From Rickettsia typhi (GTDB lineage Bacteria; Pseudomonadota; Alphaproteobacteria; Rickettsiales; UBA1997): DNA of 64,000 nt. Positions within the stretch are counted from its first letter, which is position 1. Every line of letters begins with the position of its first letter. The notes under the pieces were generated by a model, which saw only the letters and a program-made list of their open reading frames with translations, did no database searches and was not told the origin of the DNA. The stretch is from positions 419 to 64,418 of the forward strand of contig CAMAXU010000003.1 in the NCBI GenBank assembly GCA_945862455.1. The letters are read 5' to 3'. Of this stretch, positions 17,172 through 26,852 are shown piece by piece. The position numbers were made by a program, and so were the translations under genes.

Positions 17172-18599
17172 ATGCCTCTTGACGAACTACATGAAGAATG
17201 TGGAATTTTTGCAATTCACGGATCTCCTGATGCTGCCGTAAATACCGCACTTGGTTTGCATGCTTTACAACATCGCGGACAAGAAGCCGCAGGCATTGTC
17301 ACTATGACGGGAGATCTTTATTCAGTGCATTTTGCCGATGGTTTAGTTGCCGATAATTTTACTTCACAAAAAGTTGTAAAAAAACTCGAAGGCACTTCAG
17401 CAATTGGTCACGTTCGCTATTCAACTGCCGGTAAAAAAACCGCCCGTAATTACCAACCAATTTACGCCCAGCTTTCCTGCGGCTTTATGGCCTTAGCTCA
17501 CAATGGTAATCTTACAAATGCCAACACATTGCGTAAAAGATTAATTAATCGCGGTGCGATTTTTCAATCAACTATGGATACCGAAGTTATCATTCATCTA
17601 ATCGCGCTTAGCTTAAAACCAACTCTTACTGAAAAAATTATTGACGCCACTTCGCAAATTGAAGGAGCATTTTCTTTGGTGATTATTCATGAAGGAAAAA
17701 TTATTGCGCTGCGCGACCCTTACGGTGTTCGTCCTTTGGTTCTTGGAAAATTGGGCGATGCTTATGTTGTGGCTTCTGAAACCTGTGCTTTTGATATTAT
17801 CGGCGCTAAATTTGAACGCGATATTGGGCATGGTGAAATGATTCTTATTGATGAAAATGGCGTAAAATCCTTAAAGCCATTTCCGGAAAAACCATCAAAA
17901 TTTTGTATTTTTGAATATGTTTATTTCGCGCGTCCCGACAGCTCAATCGAAGGGAAAAATGTTTATGAAATGCGTAAAAATATTGGCATTGAATTAGCAC
18001 GTGAAATTAAAATTGATGCAGATGTTATTGTTCCAATCCCTGATTCTGGAGTTCCGGCGGCAATTGGTTATGCGATGGAGTCAAAAATTCCTTTCGAACT
18101 TGGAATTATCAGAAACCATTATGTTGGCAGAACTTTTATTGAACCTACGGATAAAATCCGCCACTTTGGAGTGAAATTAAAACATAATGCTAATTTGTCG
18201 GTAATTAAAGACAAAAGAGTGGTGCTAATTGATGACAGTATTGTGCGCGGAACTACTTCGAAAAAAATCGTGCAAATGATTCGTGATGCAGGAGCAAAAG
18301 AAGTTCACATGTTAATCGCTAGCCCACCAACAATTTCACCATGTTTTTATGGCGTTGATACGCCGGATAAAAAAGATTTGATCGCTTCAAGCTCTTCAAT
18401 TGAACAGATCAAAAATATAATTGGCGCAGATCATTTGGGTTATATTTCAATTGATGGACTTTATCGCGCGATTGCTCAGACCAAGCGTGATAATGCTAAT
18501 CCGCAATATTGTGATGCTTGTTTCAGTGACGATTATCCAATTCGCTTAACTGACAAAGAAGGAGCAGAGGCTCCACTTTTGGAATATATGAAAAAATAA
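17172..18599 (+). CDS. purF: Amidophosphoribosyltransferase ([4Fe-4S] type with propeptide)
   Basis: MPLDELHEECGIFAI (propeptide plus catalytic Cys), PRPP loop VVLIDDSIVRGTT, and cluster cysteines (CFYG, CDAC). The ATG at 17172 is preferred over the TTG at 17154, which lies inside the repeat. Confidence 0.9.
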   Translation: MPLDELHEECGIFAIHGSPDAAVNTALGLHALQHRGQEAAGIVTMTGDLYSVHFADGLVADNFTSQKVVKKLEGTSAIGHVRYSTAGKKTARNYQPIYAQLSCGFMALAHNGNLTNANTLRKRLINRGAIFQSTMDTEVIIHLIALSLKPTLTEKIIDATSQIEGAFSLVIIHEGKIIALRDPYGVRPLVLGKLGDAYVVASETCAFDIIGAKFERDIGHGEMILIDENGVKSLKPFPEKPSKFCIFEYVYFARPDSSIEGKNVYEMRKNIGIELAREIKIDADVIVPIPDSGVPAAIGYAMESKIPFELGIIRNHYVGRTFIEPTDKIRHFGVKLKHNANLSVIKDKRVVLIDDSIVRGTTSKKIVQMIRDAGAKEVHMLIASPPTISPCFYGVDTPDKKDLIASSSSIEQIKNIIGADHLGYISIDGLYRAIAQTKRDNANPQYCDACFSDDYPIRLTDKEGAEAPLLEYMKK

Positions 18600-18606
18600 A
18601 ATCTTT

Positions 18607-18825
18607 ATGACTGAAAAACCTCTAAAACCTCTCGAGAAAAAAATTGCAAAAATGTCATTTGAAGATGCGATGACAAGGCTTGAAGAAATTGTAGAAACCC
18701 TTTCTTCCCAAAAAATAAATCTCGATTCAATGATCGAACTTCATGAAGAAGGAACTGCTCTCAAAGAGCATTGCGCCAAAAGATTGGAAGAAGCGAAGAT
18801 GAAAATTGAAACAATCAAAAATTAA
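18607..18825 (+). CDS. xseB: Exodeoxyribonuclease VII small subunit
   Basis: 72 aa, helical, SFEDAMTRLEEIVETL motif. Confidence 0.8.
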   Translation: MTEKPLKPLEKKIAKMSFEDAMTRLEEIVETLSSQKINLDSMIELHEEGTALKEHCAKRLEEAKMKIETIKN

Positions 18826-18918
18826 TTGCGCCAAATTAAACAAATATCAATTGACCAATTAGTAAAATCATTAAATTGATCTTTTTAAACCGCTAAATTC
18901 CTGCTATTGAAATTCGCA

Positions 18919-19521
18919 ATGAAACAAATCCCAAATTTCCTTACTTCATTTCGTCTCCTAGTAATTCCTATTCTCATCCTCTCTTTTTATATTCCGGGCA
19001 TGGTTGCAAATGTGGTGGTTGCAGTGCTTTTTGCGATTGCGGCAATTACTGATTATTTTGATGGCTATTTTGCGCGCTCATTAAAAGCCCAATCTAATTT
19101 TGGAAAGTGCCTTGATCCAATCGCCGACAAGCTTCTGGTAATTGTTGCAATTGTGATGTTGATTAATTTTAGCAACCGCGACTTGTGGATTTTAATTCCG
19201 GGTTTAATCATTATTTGTCGTGAAGTTTTGGTTTCTGGATTGCGTGAATTTTTAGCTGAACTTCATGTCAGCGTTCCGGTAAGTAAATTAGCAAAATACA
19301 AAACCGCTGTTCAAATGACGGCAATTACCGGTTTGTTACTTGGTGAAAAAGGTTCGGCTTATACACTATATTATTGGTTGAGCGGCTGGAGTGAAATGGA
19401 CATCAAATTTTTATTGGTGAGTTTTGTAGTGTTTGCTTCAAAAATTCTTTTTACTTTGGCAGCAATTTTGACGGTTGTTACTGGCTATGCTTATTTCCGA
19501 GTTGGGTTTAAGAACATGTAA
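18919..19521 (+). CDS. pgsA: CDP-diacylglycerol--glycerol-3-phosphate 3-phosphatidyltransferase
   Basis: CDP-alcohol phosphatidyltransferase motif DYFDGYFAR..(x)..G..LDPIADK, multi-TM. The ATG at 18919 is preferred over the TTG at 18907. Confidence 0.85.
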   Translation: MKQIPNFLTSFRLLVIPILILSFYIPGMVANVVVAVLFAIAAITDYFDGYFARSLKAQSNFGKCLDPIADKLLVIVAIVMLINFSNRDLWILIPGLIIICREVLVSGLREFLAELHVSVPVSKLAKYKTAVQMTAITGLLLGEKGSAYTLYYWLSGWSEMDIKFLLVSFVVFASKILFTLAAILTVVTGYAYFRVGFKNM

Positions 19522-19526
19522 TTCTT

Positions 19527-20141
19527 TTAGTTATTTGATTTTCTTCTCTTAAAAAATATATAAACTGCCAAAATCCCAACGCAAATCGCAACGCATCCGA
19601 GTACAATTCCCTGTAGATTGTCTTTAATCAATTCCTGATTTCCGCCGATAAAATATCCCAATCCAACCAAAACAATTGTCCAAATTGTTGAACCTAAGGT
19701 TGTGTAAAAATAAAAAGCTTTAATATCCATTTTGGCAATTCCGGCTGGAAGAGAAATGAAATGGCGGAATCCGGGTAAAAGACGGCCAATAAAAACTGAG
19801 ATTGGTCCGTGATTTTTAAAGAATTTTTCTATTTTGATAATGGTTTTTGGTTTTACCAAAAAATATTTTCCAATCCGAAGTAGAATAGGGCGGCCAATTG
19901 TGGCGGCTAAATAATAACTAAAAATTGCACCCAAAACATTTCCAAAAACTCCTACCAAAACTAAAAGATAAATATTCATGCTTCCTTGTTGCGCGGCAAT
20001 TCCGGCGGGAATCATGATTAATTCGCTCGGAATCGGTATTAATGTGCTTTCGAGAAACATGCCGATGAAGATTCCGATATAGCCAATTTGGTTGATAAAG
20101 TTTAGAAGAAAATGAATGGTGGAATCGAAAAGTGCGTGCAT
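19527..20141 (-). CDS. DedA-family inner membrane protein
   Basis: Multi-TM with a GRLLPGFRHFISLPAG signature. The ATG at 20141 is preferred; the TTG at 20165 lies inside the family-F repeat. Confidence 0.8.
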   Translation of the reverse strand: MHALFDSTIHFLLNFINQIGYIGIFIGMFLESTLIPIPSELIMIPAGIAAQQGSMNIYLLVLVGVFGNVLGAIFSYYLAATIGRPILLRIGKYFLVKPKTIIKIEKFFKNHGPISVFIGRLLPGFRHFISLPAGIAKMDIKAFYFYTTLGSTIWTIVLVGLGYFIGGNQELIKDNLQGIVLGCVAICVGILAVYIFFKRRKSNN

Positions 20142-20149
20142 TGAATCTG

Positions 20150-20228
20150 ATTTATATTTAATCAAATTCGACTTTCGTCGAATTTGGGTTTATTTTGAAT
20201 TGCTACGCGGCGAGTGAATCGCCGCATC
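20150..20228 (-). repeat. Family-F leader element, copy directly upstream of the dedA ATG
   Basis: Reverse complement matches 17091..17169. Hairpin 2 here is aaattcgac-GAAA-gtcgaattt: a perfect stem with the GNRA loop retained through a different sequence. Confidence 0.85.
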
Positions 20229-20239
20229 AAGAACTTATC

Positions 20240-20869
20240 CTAACTCTTCAATTGTTCCGCAACCAATTTCGACAAGTCATACTTACTTTGTCTCGCAACT
20301 TTTTTAGCCTCAATAATTGAGCGAATTTTTTGATAAGTGCTGTTCAAATCATCGTTAACTAAAACGAAATCATATTCATTATAATGACTGATTTCATCGC
20401 GCGCTTTTTTCATGCGACTTTGCACAATTTCTTCCGGATCTTGCGCTCGTGAACGCAATCTTCTTTCCAACTCTTGAATTGAAGGCGGCAGAATGAAAAT
20501 TGAAACTATAGAATCTTTGTCAAACTTTTCTTTAATTTGTCGCGCGCCTTGCCAATCAATATCAAACAAAACGCAATGACCATTTTTTAATTCGCTATCA
20601 ACCATTTTTCTTGGCGTGCCGTAATTATAATCGAACACTTCGGCATGTTCTAAAAATTCATCATTTTTTTTCATCGTCACAAATTCATCAACATTAGTGA
20701 AAAAATAATGTTGACCGTGAACTTCTTGCGGTCTTTGTTTTCTAGTAGTTGCGGAAACCGAAAGTCGGATTAACGGATCATTTTGAATTGTCATGCGACA
20801 AAGAGTGGATTTTCCGGCACCCGATGGAGAGGAAATGATAATGAGGAAGGGATGGTGATTTATGAACAT
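20240..20869 (-). CDS. gmk: Guanylate kinase
   Basis: 209 aa, P-loop SSPSGAGKST, TTR..R..E..G..Y.F pattern. Confidence 0.9.
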   Translation of the reverse strand: MFINHHPFLIIISSPSGAGKSTLCRMTIQNDPLIRLSVSATTRKQRPQEVHGQHYFFTNVDEFVTMKKNDEFLEHAEVFDYNYGTPRKMVDSELKNGHCVLFDIDWQGARQIKEKFDKDSIVSIFILPPSIQELERRLRSRAQDPEEIVQSRMKKARDEISHYNEYDFVLVNDDLNSTYQKIRSIIEAKKVARQSKYDLSKLVAEQLKS

Positions 20870-20871
20870 TT

Positions 20872-21030
20872 AGTGATTTAAGATTTAAGAGAATTTAGGA
20901 TTTAAAAGAATTTAGAATTTGGAATTTTAGTTATTTCTAACGTAATCGATGTAACCCTTCGACAAGCTCAGGGTGATATCTAAAATCCTAAATTCCCCTA
21001 AATCTTAAATTCTTTAAATCCTAAATTTTC
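20872..21030. repeat. AT-rich palindromic element built from aatttaggattt motifs
   Basis: The arms contain reiterated taaatcctaaat / atttaggattta units around a unique, more GC-rich core (cgatgtaacccttcgacaagctcagggtg). One arm-like motif recurs at ~25270. Confidence 0.6.
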
Positions 21031-21031
21031 T

Positions 21032-21856
21032 TTACTCGCTTTCGCCTTCTCTAACAATGTTGATGTCTGGTGCATCCGGAGCTTTCATGCCAACTACGTG
21101 GTAACCAGCGTCAACGTGTAAAGTTTCACCAGTAACGCCATTTCCTAAATCAGAAAGAAGGAAAACGCCAGCACCGCCAACATCTTGTAAAGATACGTTG
21201 CGACGAAGTGGAGAGTTATATTCGTTCCATTTGAAGATTAGTCTGAAATCACCAATTCCACTTGCAGCTAAAGTTTTAACTGGACCTGCAGAAATTGCGT
21301 TAACGCGAATATTATCTTTGCCCATATCCATTGAAAGGTAACGAACTGAAGCTTCAAGAGCAGCTTTAGCAACACCCATTACGTTATAATGAGGCATAAC
21401 TTTTTCGGCACCGTAATAACTCAAAGTTATAATACTTCCGCCACCAGCTTTTTTCATCAAAGGTTCAGCTTCTTTAGAAACTGCAACTAATGAAAATGCA
21501 GAGATATTCATTGTGTTAGTAAAATTTGCCGGAGAAGTATTTAAATATTTGCCGCGTAATTCTTCTTTGTCAGAATAAGCGATGGCATGAACCAGAAAAT
21601 CTAATTTTCCCCACTTTTTTTCAAGTTCAGCAAAAACTGCCTTAACTGATTCGGGATCAGTAACGTCGCAAGGCAAAACGATATCTGATCCAACAGATGC
21701 AGCTAAAGGCTCAACGCGTTTTTGTAAAGCTTCGCCTTGATAAGTGAAGGCAAGTTCAGCGCCATATTTTTTTGCTTCTTCCGCAATGCCCCAAGCAATT
21801 GAACGGTTATTGGCAACGCCCATGATTAAACCTTTTTTTCCTGCTAGAATTGTCAT
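21032..21856 (-). CDS. fabI: Enoyl-[acyl-carrier-protein] reductase (NADH)
   Basis: 274 aa. GVANNRSIAWGIA and the Y-x6-K segment (PHYNVMGVAKAALE). Confidence 0.9.
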   Translation of the reverse strand: MTILAGKKGLIMGVANNRSIAWGIAEEAKKYGAELAFTYQGEALQKRVEPLAASVGSDIVLPCDVTDPESVKAVFAELEKKWGKLDFLVHAIAYSDKEELRGKYLNTSPANFTNTMNISAFSLVAVSKEAEPLMKKAGGGSIITLSYYGAEKVMPHYNVMGVAKAALEASVRYLSMDMGKDNIRVNAISAGPVKTLAASGIGDFRLIFKWNEYNSPLRRNVSLQDVGGAGVFLLSDLGNGVTGETLHVDAGYHVVGMKAPDAPDINIVREGESE

Positions 21857-21879
21857 GTTTTTTTGAATTTTATTATTAA

Positions 21880-22491
21880 TTAGTTATTTTTGTAGAGCCA
21901 AGGGGTAACTTGCCTATTACGAGTTTCGAAATTGGTGATTTGTTCTCCTTTTTGTAAGGTTAATCCGATATCGTCAAGCCCTTCAATCAAGCAATGCTTT
22001 CTAAAAGGATCAACTTCAAATTTATAGATTTTATTTGCAGCGCGAACTTCCTGTTTGACTAAGTCAACAGTAACGCTGTTATTTTCATCTTTTGCCAGTT
22101 CGAGTAAATCATCAACTTGATCGTGAGGCAAAATAATTGGTAAAATGCTGTTTTTAAAACAGTTGTTAAAAAAAATGTCGGCAAAAGATGGCGCAATAAT
22201 TGCGTGAATTCCAAAATCATTTAAAGCCCAAGGAGCATGTTCACGACTTGATCCACAACCAAAATTATCGCGTGCGATCAGAATTTTTGCATTGCGGTAA
22301 GGTATTTTATTCAAGATAAAATCAGGAATTTCTTTTTCATTTAAATCATAACGCATTTCATGAAAAAGATTTTTACCAAGACCAGTTCTTTTAATAGTTT
22401 TTAAAAACTGTTTTGGAATGATCATATCAGTATCGATATTAATCAAAGCCATAGGCGCTGCAACTGATGTAATTGAGGTAAATTTTTCCAT
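21880..22491 (-). CDS. leuD: 3-isopropylmalate dehydratase small subunit
   Basis: 203 aa. [15 protein letters not shown] and [13 protein letters not shown] motifs. Confidence 0.88.
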   Translation of the reverse strand: MEKFTSITSVAAPMALINIDTDMIIPKQFLKTIKRTGLGKNLFHEMRYDLNEKEIPDFILNKIPYRNAKILIARDNFGCGSSREHAPWALNDFGIHAIIAPSFADIFFNNCFKNSILPIILPHDQVDDLLELAKDENNSVTVDLVKQEVRAANKIYKFEVDPFRKHCLIEGLDDIGLTLQKGEQITNFETRNRQVTPWLYKNN

Positions 22492-22575
22492 TTGTTTGGA
22501 TTGTTTATTCGATATGAGAAGAATTAAAAATAAATCAACAAACCTCTAAAATACAAGTCTATTTTGTAGGGCTAT

Positions 22576-23499
22576 TCAATAAGACGCTCTCACATCAATT
22601 AAAATCTGCTTTTTTAGCTCTTCAATTGAGGAAAATTTTTTTTCATCGCGTATAAAATCTATAAATTCGACAAATATTTTTTTGCCATAAAGATTTTCGC
22701 TAAAATTTAAAATATGAGTTTCAAATAGTTGAATTGAATCTCCGCTGATTGTTGGTTTGATTCCAAAATTAGTAATTGATGGAAATTTTTTCCCTAAATG
22801 CAAAATAAAAGTTTCGGTTTTATAAACCCCAAATTTCAATTTCATCATATGCGGTTTAACCACTAAATTAGCAGTCGGAAATCCAAGTTGTGAAGCTAGC
22901 TTTCTGCCATTGGTTACAATTCCTGCAATCGTAAAATTTCGACCCAAAAATTTATTAGCTTCGGTAATTTTTCCATCAACTATTAGCTTTCGGATTAAAC
23001 TTGAAGAACAAGTTTGTTCGTCAATTTTAATTGCTGAAATTTCGCTTAAATCAAAACCAAGTTTTTCTGATTTTTCTTCCAAAAGCTGAAAATTTCCTTG
23101 GCGATTTTTACCAAAAATAAAATCATAACCAATTGTTAAATGCTTTACATTCAAGATTTTAGCGAGAATTTCTTCAATAAAATCATCGGCAGAAATAACG
23201 GAAAATTTTTGGTTAAAAGGTAAAATAATTACAAAATCAATTTGCTGTTCTTTAAAAATTTTTAATTTTTGCGCCAGACTACCAATCCTGAAATCACGCG
23301 GTTTATCAGCTTTTAAAAAAGTAATCGGATGCGGTTCAAAAGTTAAAACCGCGGAAGATAATTTTTTTTCTTTGGCGATTTTTTTTACTTCACTTAGAAT
23401 TTGCAAATGTCCTAAATGAACGCCATCAAAATTGCCTATTGTAAGCGCAAGGTCGGGAAGTGAGGTTTTTATTTGATTTAGATTTCGGATTATTTGCAT
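22576..23499 (-). CDS. ribF: Bifunctional riboflavin kinase / FMN adenylyltransferase
   Basis: 307 aa. GNFDGVHLGH nucleotidyltransferase motif plus a C-terminal riboflavin kinase domain (GFPTANL). Confidence 0.9.
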   Translation of the reverse strand: MQIIRNLNQIKTSLPDLALTIGNFDGVHLGHLQILSEVKKIAKEKKLSSAVLTFEPHPITFLKADKPRDFRIGSLAQKLKIFKEQQIDFVIILPFNQKFSVISADDFIEEILAKILNVKHLTIGYDFIFGKNRQGNFQLLEEKSEKLGFDLSEISAIKIDEQTCSSSLIRKLIVDGKITEANKFLGRNFTIAGIVTNGRKLASQLGFPTANLVVKPHMMKLKFGVYKTETFILHLGKKFPSITNFGIKPTISGDSIQLFETHILNFSENLYGKKIFVEFIDFIRDEKKFSSIEELKKQILIDVRASY

Positions 23500-23565
23500 T
23501 TGAGAATAAAAATGTGAAATAGATCCTGAATTTGTTTTGGGATCTATTTTTAATTATTTAAACGA

Positions 23566-25269
23566 ATGAAATTTTTTTTGCGAATTTTTTTCTTGGTTTT
23601 TTTTCTTTCTCAAAAAACCTTCGCTGACGATCAATTTCGCCACGGCATTTCAACATTTGGCGATTTAAAATATCCAAAAAATTTTACCCATTTTAACTAC
23701 GTAAACAAAAATGCACCCAAAGGTGGCAGTATCAAATTCGGTGCTGAAGGTGGATTTAACAACCTAAACCAATTCATTTTAAAAGGCATTGCGCCATCAG
23801 GATTGGCTTATCTTTACGATAGTTTAATGGAAGGCAGCGATGATGAAATTTCGGCGCGTTATGGCTTGGTTGCAGAAAGTGTAAAATTGGCAAAAGATAA
23901 AATGTCGATTGAATTTCGTTTAAGAAAAAACGCCCGTTTTCATGATAATTTTCCAATCACTGCTGATGATGTTGTTTTTACTTTTAATAAATTAATTTCT
24001 GATGGTCATCCAACTTACAAAATGGCTTTTCGCGATGTAAAAGAAGTTAAAAAAATTAATGATTATGAAGTGAAATTTTACTTCAAAAATAACCATAATC
24101 GCGAACTTCCAATTTTGGTTTCAAGTTTGCCGATTTTGCCGAAACATTATTACGAAAAAGTTGATTTTTCTAAAACAACCCTAACTCCACCTTTGGGTTC
24201 CGGACCTTACAAGGTGAAAGAAGTTCAAGCAAATCGTTCAATTATTTTTGAGCGGGTAAAAAATTATTGGGCTAAAGATTTGCCAGTGAATCGCGGTCGT
24301 TATAATTTTGATAAAATCACTTTTGATTTTTATCGCGATGTCAATGTTTTGGTCGAAGCTTTTAAGTCGCAAAAATATGATTTACGTCAGGAAAATGTGG
24401 CGCGCAATTGGGTTAATTCATATAATATCGAAGCCATAAAAAATGGCGAAATAATCAAAAAAGAAATCACTCATCAATTGCCAGCGCCAATGCAAAGTTT
24501 TGTGATGAATTTGCGTCGTGCAAAATTCCAAAATCTGGCGCTGCGTCAGGCTCTTACTTATGCCTTTGATTTTGAATGGCTGCGCGATCATATTTTTTAC
24601 GGCGCTTATAAACGCACCGAAAGTTATTTTGCTAATTCTGATTTTGCTTTCAAAGATTTTCATTTACCAAAATCAAACGGTGACGGATTTAACCGTGAAA
24701 ATTTACTGCAAGCTAAAAAAATTCTCGATGAAGCAGGATATAAAATTATTGATGAAATTTTGCGTGATCCCAAAACTGGTGAAAAAATTTCAATCGAATT
24801 TTTAATCAACAGCGAATCTTTCGAAATGATTATCGCGCCTTTTGTAAAAAATTTACGCAAACTTGGAATTGATGCAAAAATGCGTTTTGTTGAGGAAAAT
24901 CAATATCAAACGCGGGTTAATAATTTTGATTTTGATATAATTGTCGCAGTTTTTGGTCAATCTTTAATTCCGGGCGATGAGCTTTTTTCTTATTTTCATT
25001 CTTCGCAAAAAAACATAAAAGGCGGTCGAAATTTAGCGGGTTTGGATGATAAGATAATTGATGAATTGGTTGAAAAAATTACGCGTGCTAAAAACAAAAA
25101 AGAATTAAAAAATCTTTGTCAAAAACTTGACCAAAGAATGCTTGAAAATTACTATACAACGCCACAATGGCACAACAATACTTATCGCATTTTATATCGT
25201 GATATTTTCGGCATGCCGGAAGTTTCGGCCAAATATTCTTTGGCCGTTGATTCGTGGTGGTACAAATGA
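23566..25269 (+). CDS. ABC transporter substrate-binding protein, family 5 (YejA/peptide-like)
   Basis: 567 aa with a signal peptide. Length and motif pattern match family-5 SBPs. No permease or ATPase genes are adjacent. Confidence 0.7.
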   Translation: MKFFLRIFFLVFFLSQKTFADDQFRHGISTFGDLKYPKNFTHFNYVNKNAPKGGSIKFGAEGGFNNLNQFILKGIAPSGLAYLYDSLMEGSDDEISARYGLVAESVKLAKDKMSIEFRLRKNARFHDNFPITADDVVFTFNKLISDGHPTYKMAFRDVKEVKKINDYEVKFYFKNNHNRELPILVSSLPILPKHYYEKVDFSKTTLTPPLGSGPYKVKEVQANRSIIFERVKNYWAKDLPVNRGRYNFDKITFDFYRDVNVLVEAFKSQKYDLRQENVARNWVNSYNIEAIKNGEIIKKEITHQLPAPMQSFVMNLRRAKFQNLALRQALTYAFDFEWLRDHIFYGAYKRTESYFANSDFAFKDFHLPKSNGDGFNRENLLQAKKILDEAGYKIIDEILRDPKTGEKISIEFLINSESFEMIIAPFVKNLRKLGIDAKMRFVEENQYQTRVNNFDFDIIVAVFGQSLIPGDELFSYFHSSQKNIKGGRNLAGLDDKIIDELVEKITRAKNKKELKNLCQKLDQRMLENYYTTPQWHNNTYRILYRDIFGMPEVSAKYSLAVDSWWYK

Positions 25270-25295
25270 TTTCTTAAATCCTAAATTTATTTCCA

Positions 25296-25859
25296 ATGTT
25301 CATCCAAACCGAAGAAACCCCAAATCCTGCAACATTAAAATTTATTCCAGACGGTTTAATAGTTCTAGAATCCGGAACTGCTGAATTTAAAAATCAAAAA
25401 CAAGCGGCAACAAAATCTCCATTGGCTTTGCAGCTTCTAGAAATCAAAGGAATTGAAGCTATTTTTTTTGGTCGGGATTTTATAACTGTGACTAAATCAG
25501 CCGATATTCAATGGCCACAATTAAAAGCAGAAATTCTGTCAATAATCATGGATTTTTATGTTTCAGGAAAGCCGATAATGTTTGAACAAAAAGCTGCTGA
25601 AAATGGCGTAGTTGAAGAAGATGATGAAATCGTAAAACAAATTAAAGAATTAATTGAAGTTAAAGTGCGCCCAGCTGTAGCAATGGATGGCGGCGATATT
25701 ATTTTCCATTCTTTTGAAGATGGAATTGTAAAATTACAGTTAAAAGGTTCTTGCTCTGGTTGCCCGAGTTCAACAATTACTTTGAAAAACGGCATTGAAA
25801 ATATGCTTAAGCATTACATTCCGGAAGTTGTTTCGGTAGAGCAAGTTGAGGACGATTAA
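25296..25859 (+). CDS. NifU/Nfu-type Fe-S cluster assembly protein (Nfu_N + NifU C-terminal domain)
   Basis: [17 protein letters not shown]-terminal domain and a CSGCPSS motif in the C-terminal domain. Confidence 0.85.
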   Translation: MFIQTEETPNPATLKFIPDGLIVLESGTAEFKNQKQAATKSPLALQLLEIKGIEAIFFGRDFITVTKSADIQWPQLKAEILSIIMDFYVSGKPIMFEQKAAENGVVEEDDEIVKQIKELIEVKVRPAVAMDGGDIIFHSFEDGIVKLQLKGSCSGCPSSTITLKNGIENMLKHYIPEVVSVEQVEDD

Positions 25860-25867
25860 TTTAAATC

Positions 25868-25944
25868 GCATCCGTAGCTCAACTGGATAGAGTGTTGCTT
25901 TCCGAAGGCAAAGGTTGTGGGTTCAAATCCCGCCGGATGCACCA
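25868..25944 (+). tRNA. tRNA-Arg (anticodon CCG)
   Basis: Manual cloverleaf: 7-bp acceptor gcatccg/cggatgc, D arm gctc/gagt, anticodon stem ttgct/ggcaa with loop tt-CCG-aa, T arm gtggg-ttcaaat-cccgc, discriminator A, encoded CCA. Confidence 0.9.
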
Positions 25945-25974
25945 AAGTTTTGTAAGTGAGATTGAGAGTTTTTT

Positions 25975-26058
25975 AACCAGAGTGGACCCCGTCGTAAAGA
26001 CGGGATGACAATCCCAAATCTGTGTCACCCCGTCTTTACGACGGGGTCCACTCTGGTT
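25975..26058. repeat. Family-D palindromic element, short copy
   Basis: ~29-bp TIR aaccagagtggaccccgtcgtaaagacgg / ccgtctttacgacggggtccactctggtt. It shares the ggaccccgtcgt.aagacgg arms and gtgtcacccc core with 61056..61186. Confidence 0.85.
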
Positions 26059-26087
26059 TTAGTTACGGATAAAAATTTAAAATAAAA

Positions 26088-26834
26088 ATGACTCAGAAAA
26101 CCATAACTGCAGCGTTAATAATCATCGGTGACGAAATTCTTTCGGGACGTACCAAGGATGAAAATCTTAATTTTCTGGCTGTTGGCCTTGGAGAAATCGG
26201 TGTAAATCTAAAAGAAGTGCGCGTTGTAATTGATGGTGAGGAAGAAATTATTGAAGCCGTAAACGTGCTTCGTAAAAAACATGATTATGTCTTTACCAGT
26301 GGTGGCGTTGGTCCAACTCACGATGATATTACATCGGCGGCAATTGCTAAAGCTTTTGATGATGAATATCTTGTAAACGAAGAAGCAAAAACGATTTTAG
26401 AAAATTATTACGGTCACGGAAATTTAAATGAAGCGCGTTTAAAAATGGCATTCATGCCAAGTAAAGCTACTTTAATTCAAAATGAAATTAATGCCGCTTC
26501 TGGTTTTAAAATTGAAAATGTTTTTGTTCTAGCTGGCATTCCGAAAATTTTCCGCATCATGTTTGAAGGCGCTAAAACAGAGCTTCAAGGTGGCGCTAAA
26601 ACAAAAATGCAGGAAATAAAAATTACTTTAACTGAAAGTGTAATCGCAAAAGATTTTGCTAATTTACAGCAAAAATATCCGCAAATTATCATGGGAAGTT
26701 ATCCGAGTGAAGCTACAACTTCATTGGTTTTTCGTGGTACTGATTACGAAATTTTAGAAAAATCGGTAAATGAAATGATTTTAATTTTAAAAAACCTGCA
26801 AAGCGACTGCGTGCTTGCGGTTGTAAAATCTTAA
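26088..26834 (+). CDS. CinA-like molybdopterin-binding (MoCF_biosynth) domain protein
   Basis: 248 aa. IIIGDEILSGRTKDEN and TSGGVGPTHDDIT motifs. Confidence 0.75.
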   Translation: MTQKTITAALIIIGDEILSGRTKDENLNFLAVGLGEIGVNLKEVRVVIDGEEEIIEAVNVLRKKHDYVFTSGGVGPTHDDITSAAIAKAFDDEYLVNEEAKTILENYYGHGNLNEARLKMAFMPSKATLIQNEINAASGFKIENVFVLAGIPKIFRIMFEGAKTELQGGAKTKMQEIKITLTESVIAKDFANLQQKYPQIIMGSYPSEATTSLVFRGTDYEILEKSVNEMILILKNLQSDCVLAVVKS

Positions 26835-26852
26835 AAAAGCTATTTTTAAAAA

